The notes below the pieces were generated by a model. It had not been told where the DNA came from and made no database searches. It saw only the letters and a program-made list of their open reading frames with translations. A stretch of 63,397 nucleotides of DNA, the filler included, from Octopus bimaculoides (Eukaryota): NCBI RefSeq assembly GCF_001194135.2. It is 5 parts of 5 records of this genome, joined end to end, with 100 filler letters (N's around TTAATTAATTAA, not from the genome) between each part and the next. Parts side by side here need not be neighbours in the genome. Positions count along the whole stretch, not along the records: positions 1 to 12,647 come from NW_026435041.1; 4 more parts are not named here. The stretch is one strand, 5' to 3'. How positions within the stretch are numbered: the first letter of the stretch is position 1; every line of letters begins with the position of its first letter. A program made the translations under genes and the position numbers. Of this stretch, positions 1 to 11,269 are shown piece after piece.

Positions 1-552
1 CTTATTTATTTATCTATTTATTTATCTATTTATTCATCATATCTTTCTCCATTTTCTTCCTCTTTAGACGAACTTTCCTACCTTTTCAGACAAAACCTTT
101 TGTAACCTTCGTCCTGATTTTGTCCTTACATGTTTTTAATTGATATTAGCCCTTGTGGCCAATAAAACGAACGAATTATTTACTAAATTCCATTCTGTCA
201 CAGAAATACCAAAGCGTAACAACATAATTCTTTTGGTTGCTGGTATTGATATAAGATGCACTAAAAAAATGGCTTGTTTCTTATGTTGGAAATCTATATG
301 GTCGGCTGCTCCGAGGAGAGCGGTTTATTTCAAATGGATGTAATGTTTTCATTGGTTGATTAAATGGAGCCACTTGAAACGGCCATAATGGACTGATACC
401 TGGACATCCTTGTCATTTATTTGCTTTTTATTCACCTAACTTTCAGCTGGGTAGACTTTACAGAATTGGCTTGGTGCCTCAGTTTAAGTACCCAATTCAA
501 CTGTGTATATATATACACACATAAATGTATGTATATTTTTTCAATGTGTACA

Positions 553-942
553 GGCACAGGAGTGCCTGTGTGGTAAGTAGCTTTCTTACCAACCACATAG
601 TTCCGGGTTTATTCCCAATGTGTGGCACCTTGGGCAAGTGTCTTCTACTATAGCCTCGGGCCGACCAAAGCCTTGTGAGTGGATTTGGTAGACGGAAACT
701 GAAAGAAGCCCGTTGTATATATGTAAGTATATATATGTGTGTGTGTGTTTGTTCCCCTAGCATTGCTTGACAACCAATGCTGGTGTGTTTACGTCCCCGT
801 AACTTAGCAGTTCGGCAAAAGAGACCGATAGAATAAGTACTAGGCTTACAAAGAATAAGTCCCGGGGTCGATTTGCTCAACTAAAGGCGGTGCTCCAGCA
901 TGGCCGCAGTCAAATTACTGAAACAAGCAAAAGAGTAAAGAG
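553..942 (+). mobile_element. tRNA-derived SINE, family 'SINE-A', near full length
   Basis: Pol III A/B-box-like head, CORE-like CCTTGGGCAAGTG block, internal (TA/TG)n tract, 3' GGCGGTGCTCCAGCATGGCCGCAG tail; about 10 homologous copies in the window. Confidence 0.9.
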
Positions 943-1065
943 CATATATATATATATATNNNNNNNNNNNNNNNNNNNNNNNNNNNNNNNNNNNNNNNNN
1001 NNNNNNNNNNNNNNNNNNNNNNNNNNNNNNNNNNNNNNNNNNNNNNNNNNNNNNNNNNNNNNNNN

Positions 1066-1136
<71 letters not shown>

Positions 1137-1154
1137 ATGTATGTACGTATATAT

Positions 1155-1191
1155 ATCATCATCATCATTTAACGTCCGTTGTCTATGCTGG
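1155..1191 (-). mobile_element. 3' tip of 'SINE-C' (RTE-like tail ending in (GAT)n)
   Basis: Reverse complement matches CAGCATG..AACGGACGTTAAA(CGAT)GATGAT at 13980-14030. Confidence 0.6.
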
Positions 1192-1319
1192 AATATGGAA
1201 TACTTGCTATCCATTGTCCATTTGGAATATGGATACTTGCTATCTTTTATTCTTTTAACTTTTCTTTAACTTTAGCTCCTTCATCATTCAGTGAAGAATA
1301 TTGTTTTAACCACAGGGTT

Positions 1320-1703
1320 GTAATGGATCTGTGAGAAAAAGGCGTTCCAGCCATGACCATTTTGTCTTATTCTTTTCTAGAAGTAATGAATTCCTAAGCG
1401 AACATTATAAAATAATATAAATTTCATATTCCTTTTTGTCAGGAAGATTTGGTTGCTCTTTCTAGCAACTTGAGCGACCAGGTAAAGACTCTCTCGTACC
1501 CTTCGTCACTTGTTTAGTCCCGAGTTGGATCTGATTGAACAGATTTGATCAAAGACGTCCCAACTGTGGCCATTCCGTCTTTCTACCCAGACATAATAGA
1601 CTCTACGTGTATATCACAGGATAGTTTTTCTATTCTGTATATAAAAAAAAATTGGCTACTATTTCTAGCAAGTCATGCAACCACATACAGGCTCCGTCGT
1701 TGG
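1320..1703 (+). repeat. Two adjacent diverged copies of an unclassified bipartite repeat (1320-1497, 1527-1703)
   Basis: Both carry an AAAGRCGTYCCARCYRTGRCCAT block and a TTGGYTRCT.TTTCTAGCAA block; a third fragment is on the minus strand near 36550-36590. Confidence 0.6.
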
Positions 1704-2400
1704 TCTGTCTCAGTAATAATTTTATTGTTATTTAGCCTAAAAAAAAACCTATTTTGCAAAAAACATCTCTGGTTATTAAACAAGGGTTTTGTTTCGGGAA
1801 TGAACCCGGAAATTGTTGTTCGCAAACAGCAGCAGTAATTTTCTTCAGCTGAATACACGCCATCGATTGGTTAAAATTACCCAAATACGACAATTTTTAA
1901 CACGAAATAACTCCTAAATACAAAATTTTGTCAAAAATGTTTTGAATAAACCCTTTTCTATGTGATACATTCTACCGATATCCGAAGTTTCAAAGTGTTT
2001 AGTTAAAAATAAAATTAATTAAAAAGATCTGTCGGTCAGATTGAAAAGATCTCTTGTCCCTCCCTATTTCTAATCTTTCCTCTTTAATTCACTCTTTTCA
2101 CTAACCATCTTCACAATATCTTACCCTAAATTACATTATGACCCTCACAACCCTTAAACGTCTACATATTCTCTTAAATGATTGCGTAATGTCCCTCAAA
2201 ACACACAATCGTCTGCTTTCAAATACCTTATAGGTTAACTAATCCCTCCCACTGTTACTCGCACGGAGTCCCCTCTTATTTTCCTAACTATCTAACGTTT
2301 ACATCACGTAGATACATAACATATGACTATGTAGTCCTCATCCATCTCATCTAGAAACTTCTTTACCACCAGCTTGAATTCCTGTGAAAAATATGAAAGT

Positions 2401-2871
2401 ATTAGCCTTTTCAATGAGGCAGCCCTGAAGAGATCTGGACATTTTACTGTTGTTTTTCACATCTGAAACCATTAACAAGGTTCAAATATTCCGAAGCACT
2501 GTTTACATTAGCGACCAGATTGAAACATGTACGTAAGTACTTCCTATGCTTATTTCATTTTTTGTTAATCTAAGTCCAATTGGATTTTATTTGTATTAAG
2601 ATATTTGCTATGTTCATATTGTGATACAAAGAATATGTCAGCATTAGCCTTTTGAATGAGGCAGCTGTGAAGAGATCTGGACACTTTGCTGCTGTTTTTC
2701 ACATCTGAAACCATTAACAAGGTTCGAATATTCCGAAGCACTGTTTACATTAGCGACCAGATTGAAACATGTAAGTACTTCCTATGCTTATTTCATTTTT
2801 TGTTAATCTAAGTCCATTTGGATTTTATTTGTATTAAGATATTTGCTATGTTCATATTGTGATACAAAGAA
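2401..2871. repeat. Tandem direct duplication, about 232 bp units (2401-2633, 2643-2871)
   Basis: Manual alignment: about 8 substitutions and one 4-bp indel; period 242. Confidence 0.95.
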
Positions 2872-3168
2872 AATGAGTATCCACCATATTTTATTCTTCT
2901 TTCTTTTTATGTTAATGCTGATAAGACTGTTTATCCCTATATATGTTGTGAGAATTATCCTTATATATCATTGATAACACCAGTTGATCTCTGGATTTTG
3001 TAATTCCTAAACAGGGCACTATGTCCTCAAACTGACTGAATACATACATACATACATACGTACGTACGTACATACATGCATACATAGAAACATACATACA
3101 TACTGCAACTATATGCATGAGAATACATACATAAAACATACAAATCTGTACATACATACATACATACA

Positions 3169-3200
<32 letters not shown>

Positions 3201-4300
3201 CAGGGGTTGGACAAAATAATGGAAACACCTTAAAATTGAAATTTATTTTAATATTGGATAGGGCTGCCATTGGCAGTAATTATAGTTTGAATTCTACGAG
3301 GTGATGGACTCGTACAAGGTTTGAATTGTTTCCAAAGGAATTTTTGTCCCTTCTTCAGCTAAAACAGTCTCTAGTTCTTGTAGTGATGATGGTGGAGGAT
3401 ATCGACTCCTTATTTGTTTTTATAAAATGCTCCATAAATGTTCAATAATATTGAGATCTGGGGACTGTGGCGGCCAGATAAGATGTTCAACTTCACCAGA
3501 ATGTTCTTCGTGCCATTCAGTAACAACTTTAGCTGTGTGAATTGGTGCATTATCATCCTGGAAGATTGTGTTTCCCTCCGGAAACAGTTCTGCAAACATA
3601 GGATGAATTTGATCAGATCAAATGCTTAAATAGTCTTGACTATTAATTCCGCCATAAAGGGAAACCATTGGGCCGGCGGATTTCCAAGATATTGCCCCAC
3701 CCCCAGATCGTCACAGATCCTCCTCCATGTTTAACAGTTGGAAGAAGGCAGTCCGAGTTAAATGCTTCTTTTGGATGTCTCCACACGTATACTCGGCCGG
3801 TGGTCGAAAATAAGGTGAAGAATGATGATTCGTCCGAGAAAACAACATTCTTCTACTGCTCTAGGGANNNNNNNNNNNNNNNNNNNNNNNNNNNNNNNNN
3901 NNNNNNNNNNNNNNNNNNNNNNNNNNNNNNNNNNNNNNNNNNNNNNNNNNNNNNNNNAAGAGTCCGGCGATCCCTATCTAAAAGTTTTGGTTTTCTTCTG
4001 GAGTTTTGTTTCGATGAGGAGGTTTTTCCCCTCTTTCTCAAAGGCTGTCATTACTTTCGAGACAGTACTTCTTGATACACCAAACATTTCGGCTGTTTTC
4101 GTTACGCTAGCACCTGCCATACGAGCACCAACAATTTGACCTCTTTGAAAGTCCGATACAGCCGTCATTTTAATGAATTTTAATTACCTTTTTTCTGATG
4201 ATATCTGAAAAGAAACAGCAATTTTAGCAAAACATATTAAGCAATACTAACAACTAATCAAAAACATAAAAGATAAACAAGCTTTTGACGGTTTTATAAA
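3201..4300 (-). mobile_element. Tc1-family DNA transposon; one TIR visible, other end lost or interrupted by a SINE
   Basis: TA followed by CAGGGGTTGGACAAAATAATGGAAACACC at 3199-3229; transposase on the minus strand. Confidence 0.9.
3248..4168 (-). pseudogene. Tc1 (DD34E) transposase, frameshifted
   Basis: N-terminal HTH SDFQRGQIVGARMAGASVTKTAEMFGVSRSTVSKVM; NSRRKPKL linker; WPPQSPDLNIIEHLW catalytic motif near 3430-3475; pieces lie in different frames. Confidence 0.9.
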
Positions 4301-4312
4301 TATATAAGTGAA

Positions 4313-4628
4313 GGCGTGTGGCTTAGTGGTTAGGGCATTCGGCTCACAATCTTACGATCGTGAGTTCAATTCCGGGCGATGCATTGTGTCCTTGAGCAAG
4401 ACACTTTATTTCATGTTGCTCCAGTCCACTCAGTCGACAAAAATGAGTAGTACCTGTATTTCAAAGGGCCAGCTTTGTCACGCTATGTGTCACGCTGAAT
4501 CTCCCTGAGAACTACGTTAATGGTACACCTGTCTGTGGAGTGCTCAGCCACTTGCACGTTAATTTCATGAGCAAGCTGTTCCGTTGATAGTATCGGATGG
4601 GATCTCCGTTGTCGTAACCGAGGGAGTG

Positions 4629-4631
<3 letters not shown>
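4313..4631 (+). mobile_element. tRNA-derived SINE, 'SINE-D' group (head type 1 plus TACCTGTATTTCAAAGGGCCAGC tail)
   Basis: A box TGGCTTAGTGG, B box GAGTTCAATTCC, GTGTCCTTGAGCAAGACACTT block; 3' half shared with 15404-15792 and 30170-30436. Confidence 0.85.
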
Positions 4632-4659
<28 letters not shown>

Positions 4660-4661
<2 letters not shown>

Positions 4662-4763
4662 CATCATCATCATCATCATCATCATCGTCGTCGTTTAACG
4701 TCCGCTTTCCATGCTAGCATGGGTTGGACGATTTGACTGAGGACTGGTGAAACCAGATGGCTA
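4660..4763 (-). mobile_element. 'SINE-C' 3' end
   Basis: Reverse complement of CAGTCAAATCGTCCAACCCATGCTAGCATGGAAAGCGGACGTTAAACGACGACGATGATG matches 13960-14030. Confidence 0.8.
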
Positions 4764-5570
4764 CATATATATATATATATATATAAAGTATGCAGTTATA
4801 ACATGCGTTTTCTCCATTCCTTAAATTTTTAAATATACTCAAATACCCAAAATATCAAGGAGTTTCTGCNNNNNNNNNNNNNNNNNNNNNNNNNNNNNNN
4901 NNNNNNNNNNNNNNNNNNNNNNNNNNNNNNNNNNNNNNNNNNNNNNNNNNNNNNNNNNNNNNNNNNNNNNNNNNNNNNNNNNNNNNNNNNNNNNNNNNNN
5001 NNNNNNNNNNNNNNNNNNNNNNNNNNNNNNNNNNNNNNNNNNNNNNNNNNNNNNNNNNNNNNNNNNNNNNNNNNNNNNNNNNNNNNNNNNNNNNNNNNNN
5101 NNNNNNNNNNNNNNNNNNNNNNNNNNNNNNNNNNNNNNNNNNNNNNNNNNNNNNNNNNNNNNNNNNNNNNNNNNNNNNNNNNNNNNNNNNNNNNNNNNNN
5201 NNNNNNNNNNNNNNNNNNNNNNNNNNNNNNNNNNNNNNNNNNNNNNNNNNNNNNNNNNNNNNNNNNNNNNNNNNNNNNNNNNNNNNNNNNNNNNNNNNNN
5301 NNNNNNNNNNNNNNNNNNNNNNNNNNNNNNNNNNNNNNNNNNNNNNNNNNNNNNNNNNNNNNNNNNNNNNNNNNNNNNNNNNNNNNNNNNNNNNNNNNNN
5401 NNNNNNNNNNNNNNNNNNNNNNNNNNNNNNNNNNNNNNNNNNNNNNNNNNNNNNNNNNNNNNNNNNNNNNNNNNNNNNNNNNNNNNNNNNNNNNNNNNNN
5501 NNNNNNNNNNNNNNNNNNNNNNNNNNNNNNNNNNNNNNNNNNNNNNNNNNNNNNNNNNNNNNNNNNNNNN

Positions 5571-5577
5571 GGTGGTT

Positions 5578-5620
<43 letters not shown>

Positions 5621-5675
5621 CGGTGATGGTGGCAGTGGGTGAAGTGGTATTAGTTCTAGATATAGTCGTGGTAAT

Positions 5676-5732
<57 letters not shown>

Positions 5733-5791
5733 ATAGTAGTAGCAGATGTGGTGGCGGTGATGGTGGTGGTGACAGTAGTAGTAGTAGTAGC
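5571..5791. repeat. (TAG)n/(TGG)n microsatellite
   Basis: Direct reading. Confidence 0.95.
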
Positions 5792-6947
5792 GAGATAGTT
5801 ATTAAACAGGTGTGCAGGGGTGGAAGTTGGGAGTAAGAGAGTGGAGGCGGAGGTGTTGTTCCCCACCCCCCGAACAGCTTTCGGAGGGTGGACGGGGTGG
5901 AGGAAGGAGCGAGAAAGAGCTCAGGGTAACATATGGGAGGTTCTCACTCACACTCACACTCACACAGACACACACAAAACACAATATCATGTTCATACAT
6001 AGACACACTTTACATACACACACACACACACACTTAAATATATTTACATATATATATACATATATACACACATATATATATATATACATATATATACACA
6101 TATATATATATACATATATATACACACACATATANNNNNNNNNNNNNNNNNNNNNNNNNNNNNNNNNNNNNNNNNNNNNNNNNNNNNNNNNNNNNNNNNN
6201 NNNNNNNNNNNNNNNNNNNNNNNNNNNNNNNNNNNNNNNNNNNNNNNNNNNNNNNNNNNNNNNNNNNNNNNNNNNNNNNNNNNNNNNNNNNNNNNNNNNN
6301 NNNNNNNNNNNNNNNNNNNNNNNNNNNNNNNNNNNNNNNNNNNNNNNNNNNNNNNNNNNNNNNNNNNNNNNNNNNNNNNNNNNNNNNNNNNNNNNNNNNN
6401 NNNNNNNNNNNNNNNNNNNNNNNNNNNNNNNNNNNNNNNNNNNNNNNNNNNNNNNNNNNNNNNNNNNNNNNNNNNNNNNNNNNNNNNNNNNNNNNNNNNN
6501 NNNNNNNNNNNNNNNNNNNNNNNNNNNNNNNNNNNNNNNNNNNNNNNNNNNNNNNNNNNNNNNNNNNNNNNNNNNNNNNNNNNNNNNNNNNNNNNNNNNN
6601 NNNNNNNNNNNNNNNNNNNNNNNNNNNNNNNNNNNNNNNNNNNNNNNNNNNNNNNNNNNNNNNNNNNNNNNNNNNNNNNNNNNNNNNNNNNNNNNNNNNN
6701 NNNNNNNNNNNNNNNNNNNNNNNNNNNNNNNNNNNNNNNNNNNNNNNNNNNNNNNNNNNNNNNNNNNNNNNNNNNNNNNNNNNNNNNNNNNNNNNNNNNN
6801 NNNNNNNNNNNNNNNNNNNNNNNNNNNNNNNNNNNNNNNNNNNNNNNNNNNNNNNNNNNNNNNNNNNNNNNNNNNNNNNNNNNNNNNNNNNNNNNNNNNN
6901 NNNNNNNNNNNNNNNNNNNNNNNNNNNNNNNNNNNNNNNNNNNNNNN

Positions 6948-7106
6948 AATTGTTACACAAATTTTGGGTAAAACCTCCACTTTTACCCGCTCCCATTGAT
7001 TGCACCTAGTATAGCACTAGCGTAGCAATAATTGGGTACCCTCCCAGCAGTATACTGGATAGATACTATCCCTTAGTGGGTTGTACCCCCAACCCCTAAC
7101 TCTCTC
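6948..7106 (-). repeat. Unclassified dispersed repeat, homologous to 25985-26135
   Basis: Reverse complement aligns over about 150 bp (TTAGGGGTTG..ACCCACTA.GGGATA..TATACTGC.GGGAGGGTACCCAAT). Confidence 0.8.
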
Positions 7107-7329
7107 ACGTTATATACATATATATATATTCATACGTAAGTGGTAACAACGAAACTGGTCTGTGATTAATCTTTATATTTTGTATCTTTTCATTTGTCTT
7201 GCTCGCTTATGTTCTGGCGTTTGCTGAATTTTCTTGAGAACAATCTCTTCTTGGTGGTCTACTTCTAGCATAATGGATGTCCACTTAGTTATCATCCCTC
7301 TTATATGTATTCATACATATATATATATA

Positions 7330-7770
7330 CATATAAATATATATATTTAAAATTGTTAAAGAGGACAACAAACATTAAGGCAAGGCAAACATATCAAGTC
7401 ATTTACATTACGATTCTCATTATTGGAAAAGAATTCAAAGTCTTGCAGCTGTTTCTGGGATCCCAGAGTATGAGATATTGCATCATTGGAGACAAATAGG
7501 GAAAATGAGAAGGGTATAGATTAATGAAATGACGACATAGAGGACAGGAGAGAAGGAATAAGAAGATGAAGAAAAGGAAGAAAAAGGAGGCATTAAAGTT
7601 CAGAGTTCAACTTTCCGATCATATAGAAGTAAGTCCATAAGTCCTTAGGTGGTTCATAACTACCATCTCGGCCATAATCTTTGAGCCCTAGTAATCCATT
7701 ACAGCACTTATACCTAGCATACTTAGTCGTTTAGATCCCCTGTGAACTAAACCCCCATATTTTGTATATG
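7330..7770 (-). mobile_element. Probable solo Penelope-like terminal repeat between (TA)n tracts, with decayed hammerhead motif
   Basis: Hammerhead-like layout at 7440-7493; (TA)n on both flanks; boundaries approximate. Confidence 0.4.
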
Positions 7771-8937
7771 TATATATATATATAATTTTGAAAAGCTGCA
7801 TTCCCTCGCTTTCGGTAAATATGTTGCTTATTTTTGGTAGTTTTTTTTTTATTTATTTAGTCCCTCGATAGCGTGAGGCATTAATACACAGTTAATGCCC
7901 TTTATATATAATTAAATATATCTTTGAAGANNNNNNNNNNNNNNNNNNNNNNNNNNNNNNNNNNNNNNNNNNNNNNNNNNNNNNNNNNNNNNNNNNNNNN
8001 NNNNNNNNNNNNNNNNNNNNNNNNNNNNNNNNNNNNNNNNNNNNNNNNNNNNNNNNNNNNNNNNNNNNNNNNNNNNNNNNNNNNNNNNNNNNNNNNNNNN
8101 NNNNNNNNNNNNNNNNNNNNNNNNNNNNNNNNNNNNNNNNNNNNNNNNNNNNNNNNNNNNNNNNNNNNNNNNNNNNNNNNNNNNNNNNNNNNNNNNNNNN
8201 NNNNNNNNNNNNNNNNNNNNNNNNNNNNNNNNNNNNNNNNNNNNNNNNNNNNNNNNNNNNNNNNNNNNNNNNNNNNNNNNNNNNNNNNNNNNNNNNNNNN
8301 NNNNNNNNNNNNNNNNNNNNNNNNNNNNNNNNNNNNNNNNNNNNNNNNNNNNNNNNNNNNNNNNNNNNNNNNNNNNNNNNNNNNNNNNNNNNNNNNNNNN
8401 NNNNNNNNNNNNNNNNNNNNNNNNNNNNNNNNNNNNNNNNNNNNNNNNNNNNNNNNNNNNNNNNNNNNNNNNNNNNNNNNNNNNNNNNNNNNNNNNNNNN
8501 NNNNNNNNNNNNNNNNNNNNNNNNNNNNNNNNNNNNNNNNNNNNNNNNNNNNNNNNNNNNNNNNNNNNNNNNNNNNNNNNNNNNNNNNNNNNNNNNNNNN
8601 NNNNNNNNNNNNNNNNNNNNNNNNNNNNNNNNNNNNNNNNNNNNNNNNNNNNNNNNNNNNNNNNNNNNNNNNNNNNNNNNNNNNNNNNNNNNNNNNNNNN
8701 NNNNNNNGCGCCTTCACAAAGTTTATAATACTCGTAAATAAATAGCAATAAAACAACAGAATATATTATGTAAAGTAAAAAGAATGCCAAAGTCATTTAT
8801 AATAAAAAATATTATTATTATAATTATTTCCTGAATCACTTTCTCTTGCACTAGACTCATGCACTTGTAGATTCGATTGCCAATTCACAAGCACTCGTAG
8901 ATAGACTTGTAGATTTCTTTTTAAAAAAAGTCCAGAA

Positions 8938-9038
8938 TTTCGCTTTTGTATTTGGTTTGCATGGTTCTTTATGTGAATCCTTGTGTTGAAGTATATTTTA
9001 TTGTGTCCGGGGAGAGTCATTTTGTTTTGATGTCCTAT
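8938..9038 (+). repeat. Unclassified dispersed repeat, homologous to 13503-13598
   Basis: Shared TTTTGTATTTGGTTTGCA..TATGTGAAT..TGTGTTGAAG.ATATTTTATT.TGTC.GGGGAGAGTC. Confidence 0.75.
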
Positions 9039-10440
9039 TAATTAACACACTCACCGGTTTGATTTCCACTCATTTACTTATTTATTTTTTCTAAAATTTC
9101 TGTTGCTTCTAGCAACGACTAGAATTGTTGTTTGCTTAGAAGAAGCTTCTTTTTTTTTTTGTGTGTCTGCTATAAATTTCTTGGTAACACACAAGCATTT
9201 GTTATAGTCGAAGAAACTTTTGCTCTTCATTCAAAATTTAGATCTTGTGCCTGAAAAACCAAAACTCGTAAACGTGAGGCCTCTTAAAACGGATCCTCAT
9301 AAAGTGAGGTATACATAAATGTATGCATGCATGGATATATTCATACGTATGTGTGTGTGAATAAGAAAAGTGTAGCCCATCACTTTCAAACTAATTAAAT
9401 TAAGATGTGTGCTAATTACGTGATTATAAAAACGATGATGTTTTTATTCCATTGAAACAGCTGTAGAGCATAGTTAGTTTATGAGCTATATATGAAGTTT
9501 AGTCTTTTGCAGCATAATATACATTTATGAATGAATTTAATGCATTTTCAATCATTTCGTATTATTTTTAACTTGTAAATACACGTACACACACAAATAT
9601 ATATATTCATTTATTTACACCCACACACTCATACATGCATACACATTAATACATACATACATACATATATACATATACACTCACACACACACACACACAC
9701 ACTCACACACACACACACATATATATTGAGCTATTTTATTACTTTCGATTTTTCATATAAATCTATTAAAGTCTATATAATTTCAGTATTTTTTTTTCTT
9801 ATAAATGTTTTATAAGATATTTTAAAATCGTTTTGCTATTTATATCTTTCAAATTTTCATATAAACATTTTTAACAACAATTATATATTTTAAAATTATT
9901 TCGCTGTTTATAAATTATGGATTTTTTGCCGATAAATATTTTAAAGTTATTAAATATTTTAAAATTGATTTCCTTTATACATACATACATAGATATATAC
10001 ATACACACCCATATATATATATATTAGATTGTCTGATAAATTCATATGGTTTTGTTGTTTTCTTCCATTTATTTGTAATCCTTATTTTTTATCAACTGTT
10101 TTCACATACCAGTCAATAATATATTCTCGTTCATTATTCCCAACTTCTTGCTACCGTTCCAATAGCCTGTCGATGCCTTGATGGTAGAAATCAATGGCTC
10201 TTCAGTCAAAGAAAAGCCAGGGCCATCTTAAAGCACAACTGAGCCCAGAGGCGTAACTGGATTCAAAAGTTAGTGAGAGCGAGCTCATAAGAAAAGGGGC
10301 TGTGATACATATCAAATATTCAACTCATTTCTCTTATAGTACGTGAAATATTTCATTAGTTATAATATACGTAATTGTATATATATCAGGGTCATATATT
10401 CTGGGTGTGTTAGGAGTGCGCTACACACCCATCGTAAATG

Positions 10441-10553
10441 GAGTGGCTGTGTGGTAAGGAGCTTGCTTACCAACCACATGGTTCCGGGTTCATTCCCACT
10501 GCGTGGCACCTTGGGCAAGTGTCTTCTACTATAGCCTCGGGCCAACCAAAGCC
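10441..10553 (+). mobile_element. SINE-A 5' half
   Basis: High identity to 560-672. Confidence 0.9.
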
Positions 10554-10719
10554 ACAACTTCTTACTCTTTCTCCTGCATTTAGCAGCTCACCTGCGACAG
10601 ACCGGCGTCCAATCCAGGTGGGGAGCATATATGCCAATGAAACCGGGAAACCGGCCCTTATGAGCCAGGCATGGCTCAAGAAAGAACAAACAACAGCAAC
10701 AACTTCTGCAGTTGCCTTA

Positions 10720-11268
10720 CCAGAAAACTAACATCAGTTGTGCTTCTACCTGGCACAAAACCAAACTGCATCTCATCTAGATTAATTCTCCCCCTAATTA
10801 GTTGGATTATGACTCTCTCCGTGACTTTCATCACCTGGTCCAACAATATGATACCCCTGTAATTATTTCTGTCTAATGTGTTACCTTTACCTTGGTAGCA
10901 GTTCACTATGGTGCTGCTACACCAGTCACTGGGTATGACTCCCTTGTGTACAACCTAATTAGCTATACAGGTGATGAGACCATAACCCACACCACCTGAT
11001 ACTTTAAATATCTCAGCAATGATTCCTGAGGGGCTAGCGGTTTTCCTGCTCTTCATATCCTTAATGGCTTTATCTACCCTGCTACTGTCTATTTGGATTG
11101 CTGGTCCCTCTGTTGGATCCACAGTAGGCAGACACCCCTTCTCCCATGCGTTCTCTACATTTAGTAGCCTTTCAAAGTGACACTTCTAATCCTCTTTCTT
11201 ATTTAGGGCTATGACCCTTTCTCTAACTGTCATCACCCGATCCAGCTATTTGATTCCTCTGTAATTAT
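10720..11268 (-). mobile_element. RTE-clade LINE reverse transcriptase fragment(s)
   Basis: HFERLLNVENAWEK..IPSDWCSSTIVNCYQGKGNTLDRNNYRGIILLDQVMKVTERV..MQFGFVPGRSTTD; in-frame stop; a second NNYRGIK piece at 11200-11268. Confidence 0.85.
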
Positions 11269-11269
11269 T

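Noticed and set aside
1720-2056. Possible DNA-element or HINE-like repeat ending AAAAGATCTCTTG
   Set aside because: No second copy, TIR pair or TSD in the window to support it
4195-4225. CTGATGA...GAAAC in the Tc1 5' region
   Set aside because: No stem II or stem I can form
4313-4385. tRNA genes at SINE heads
   Set aside because: A/B boxes present but no complete cloverleaf; always followed by SINE body
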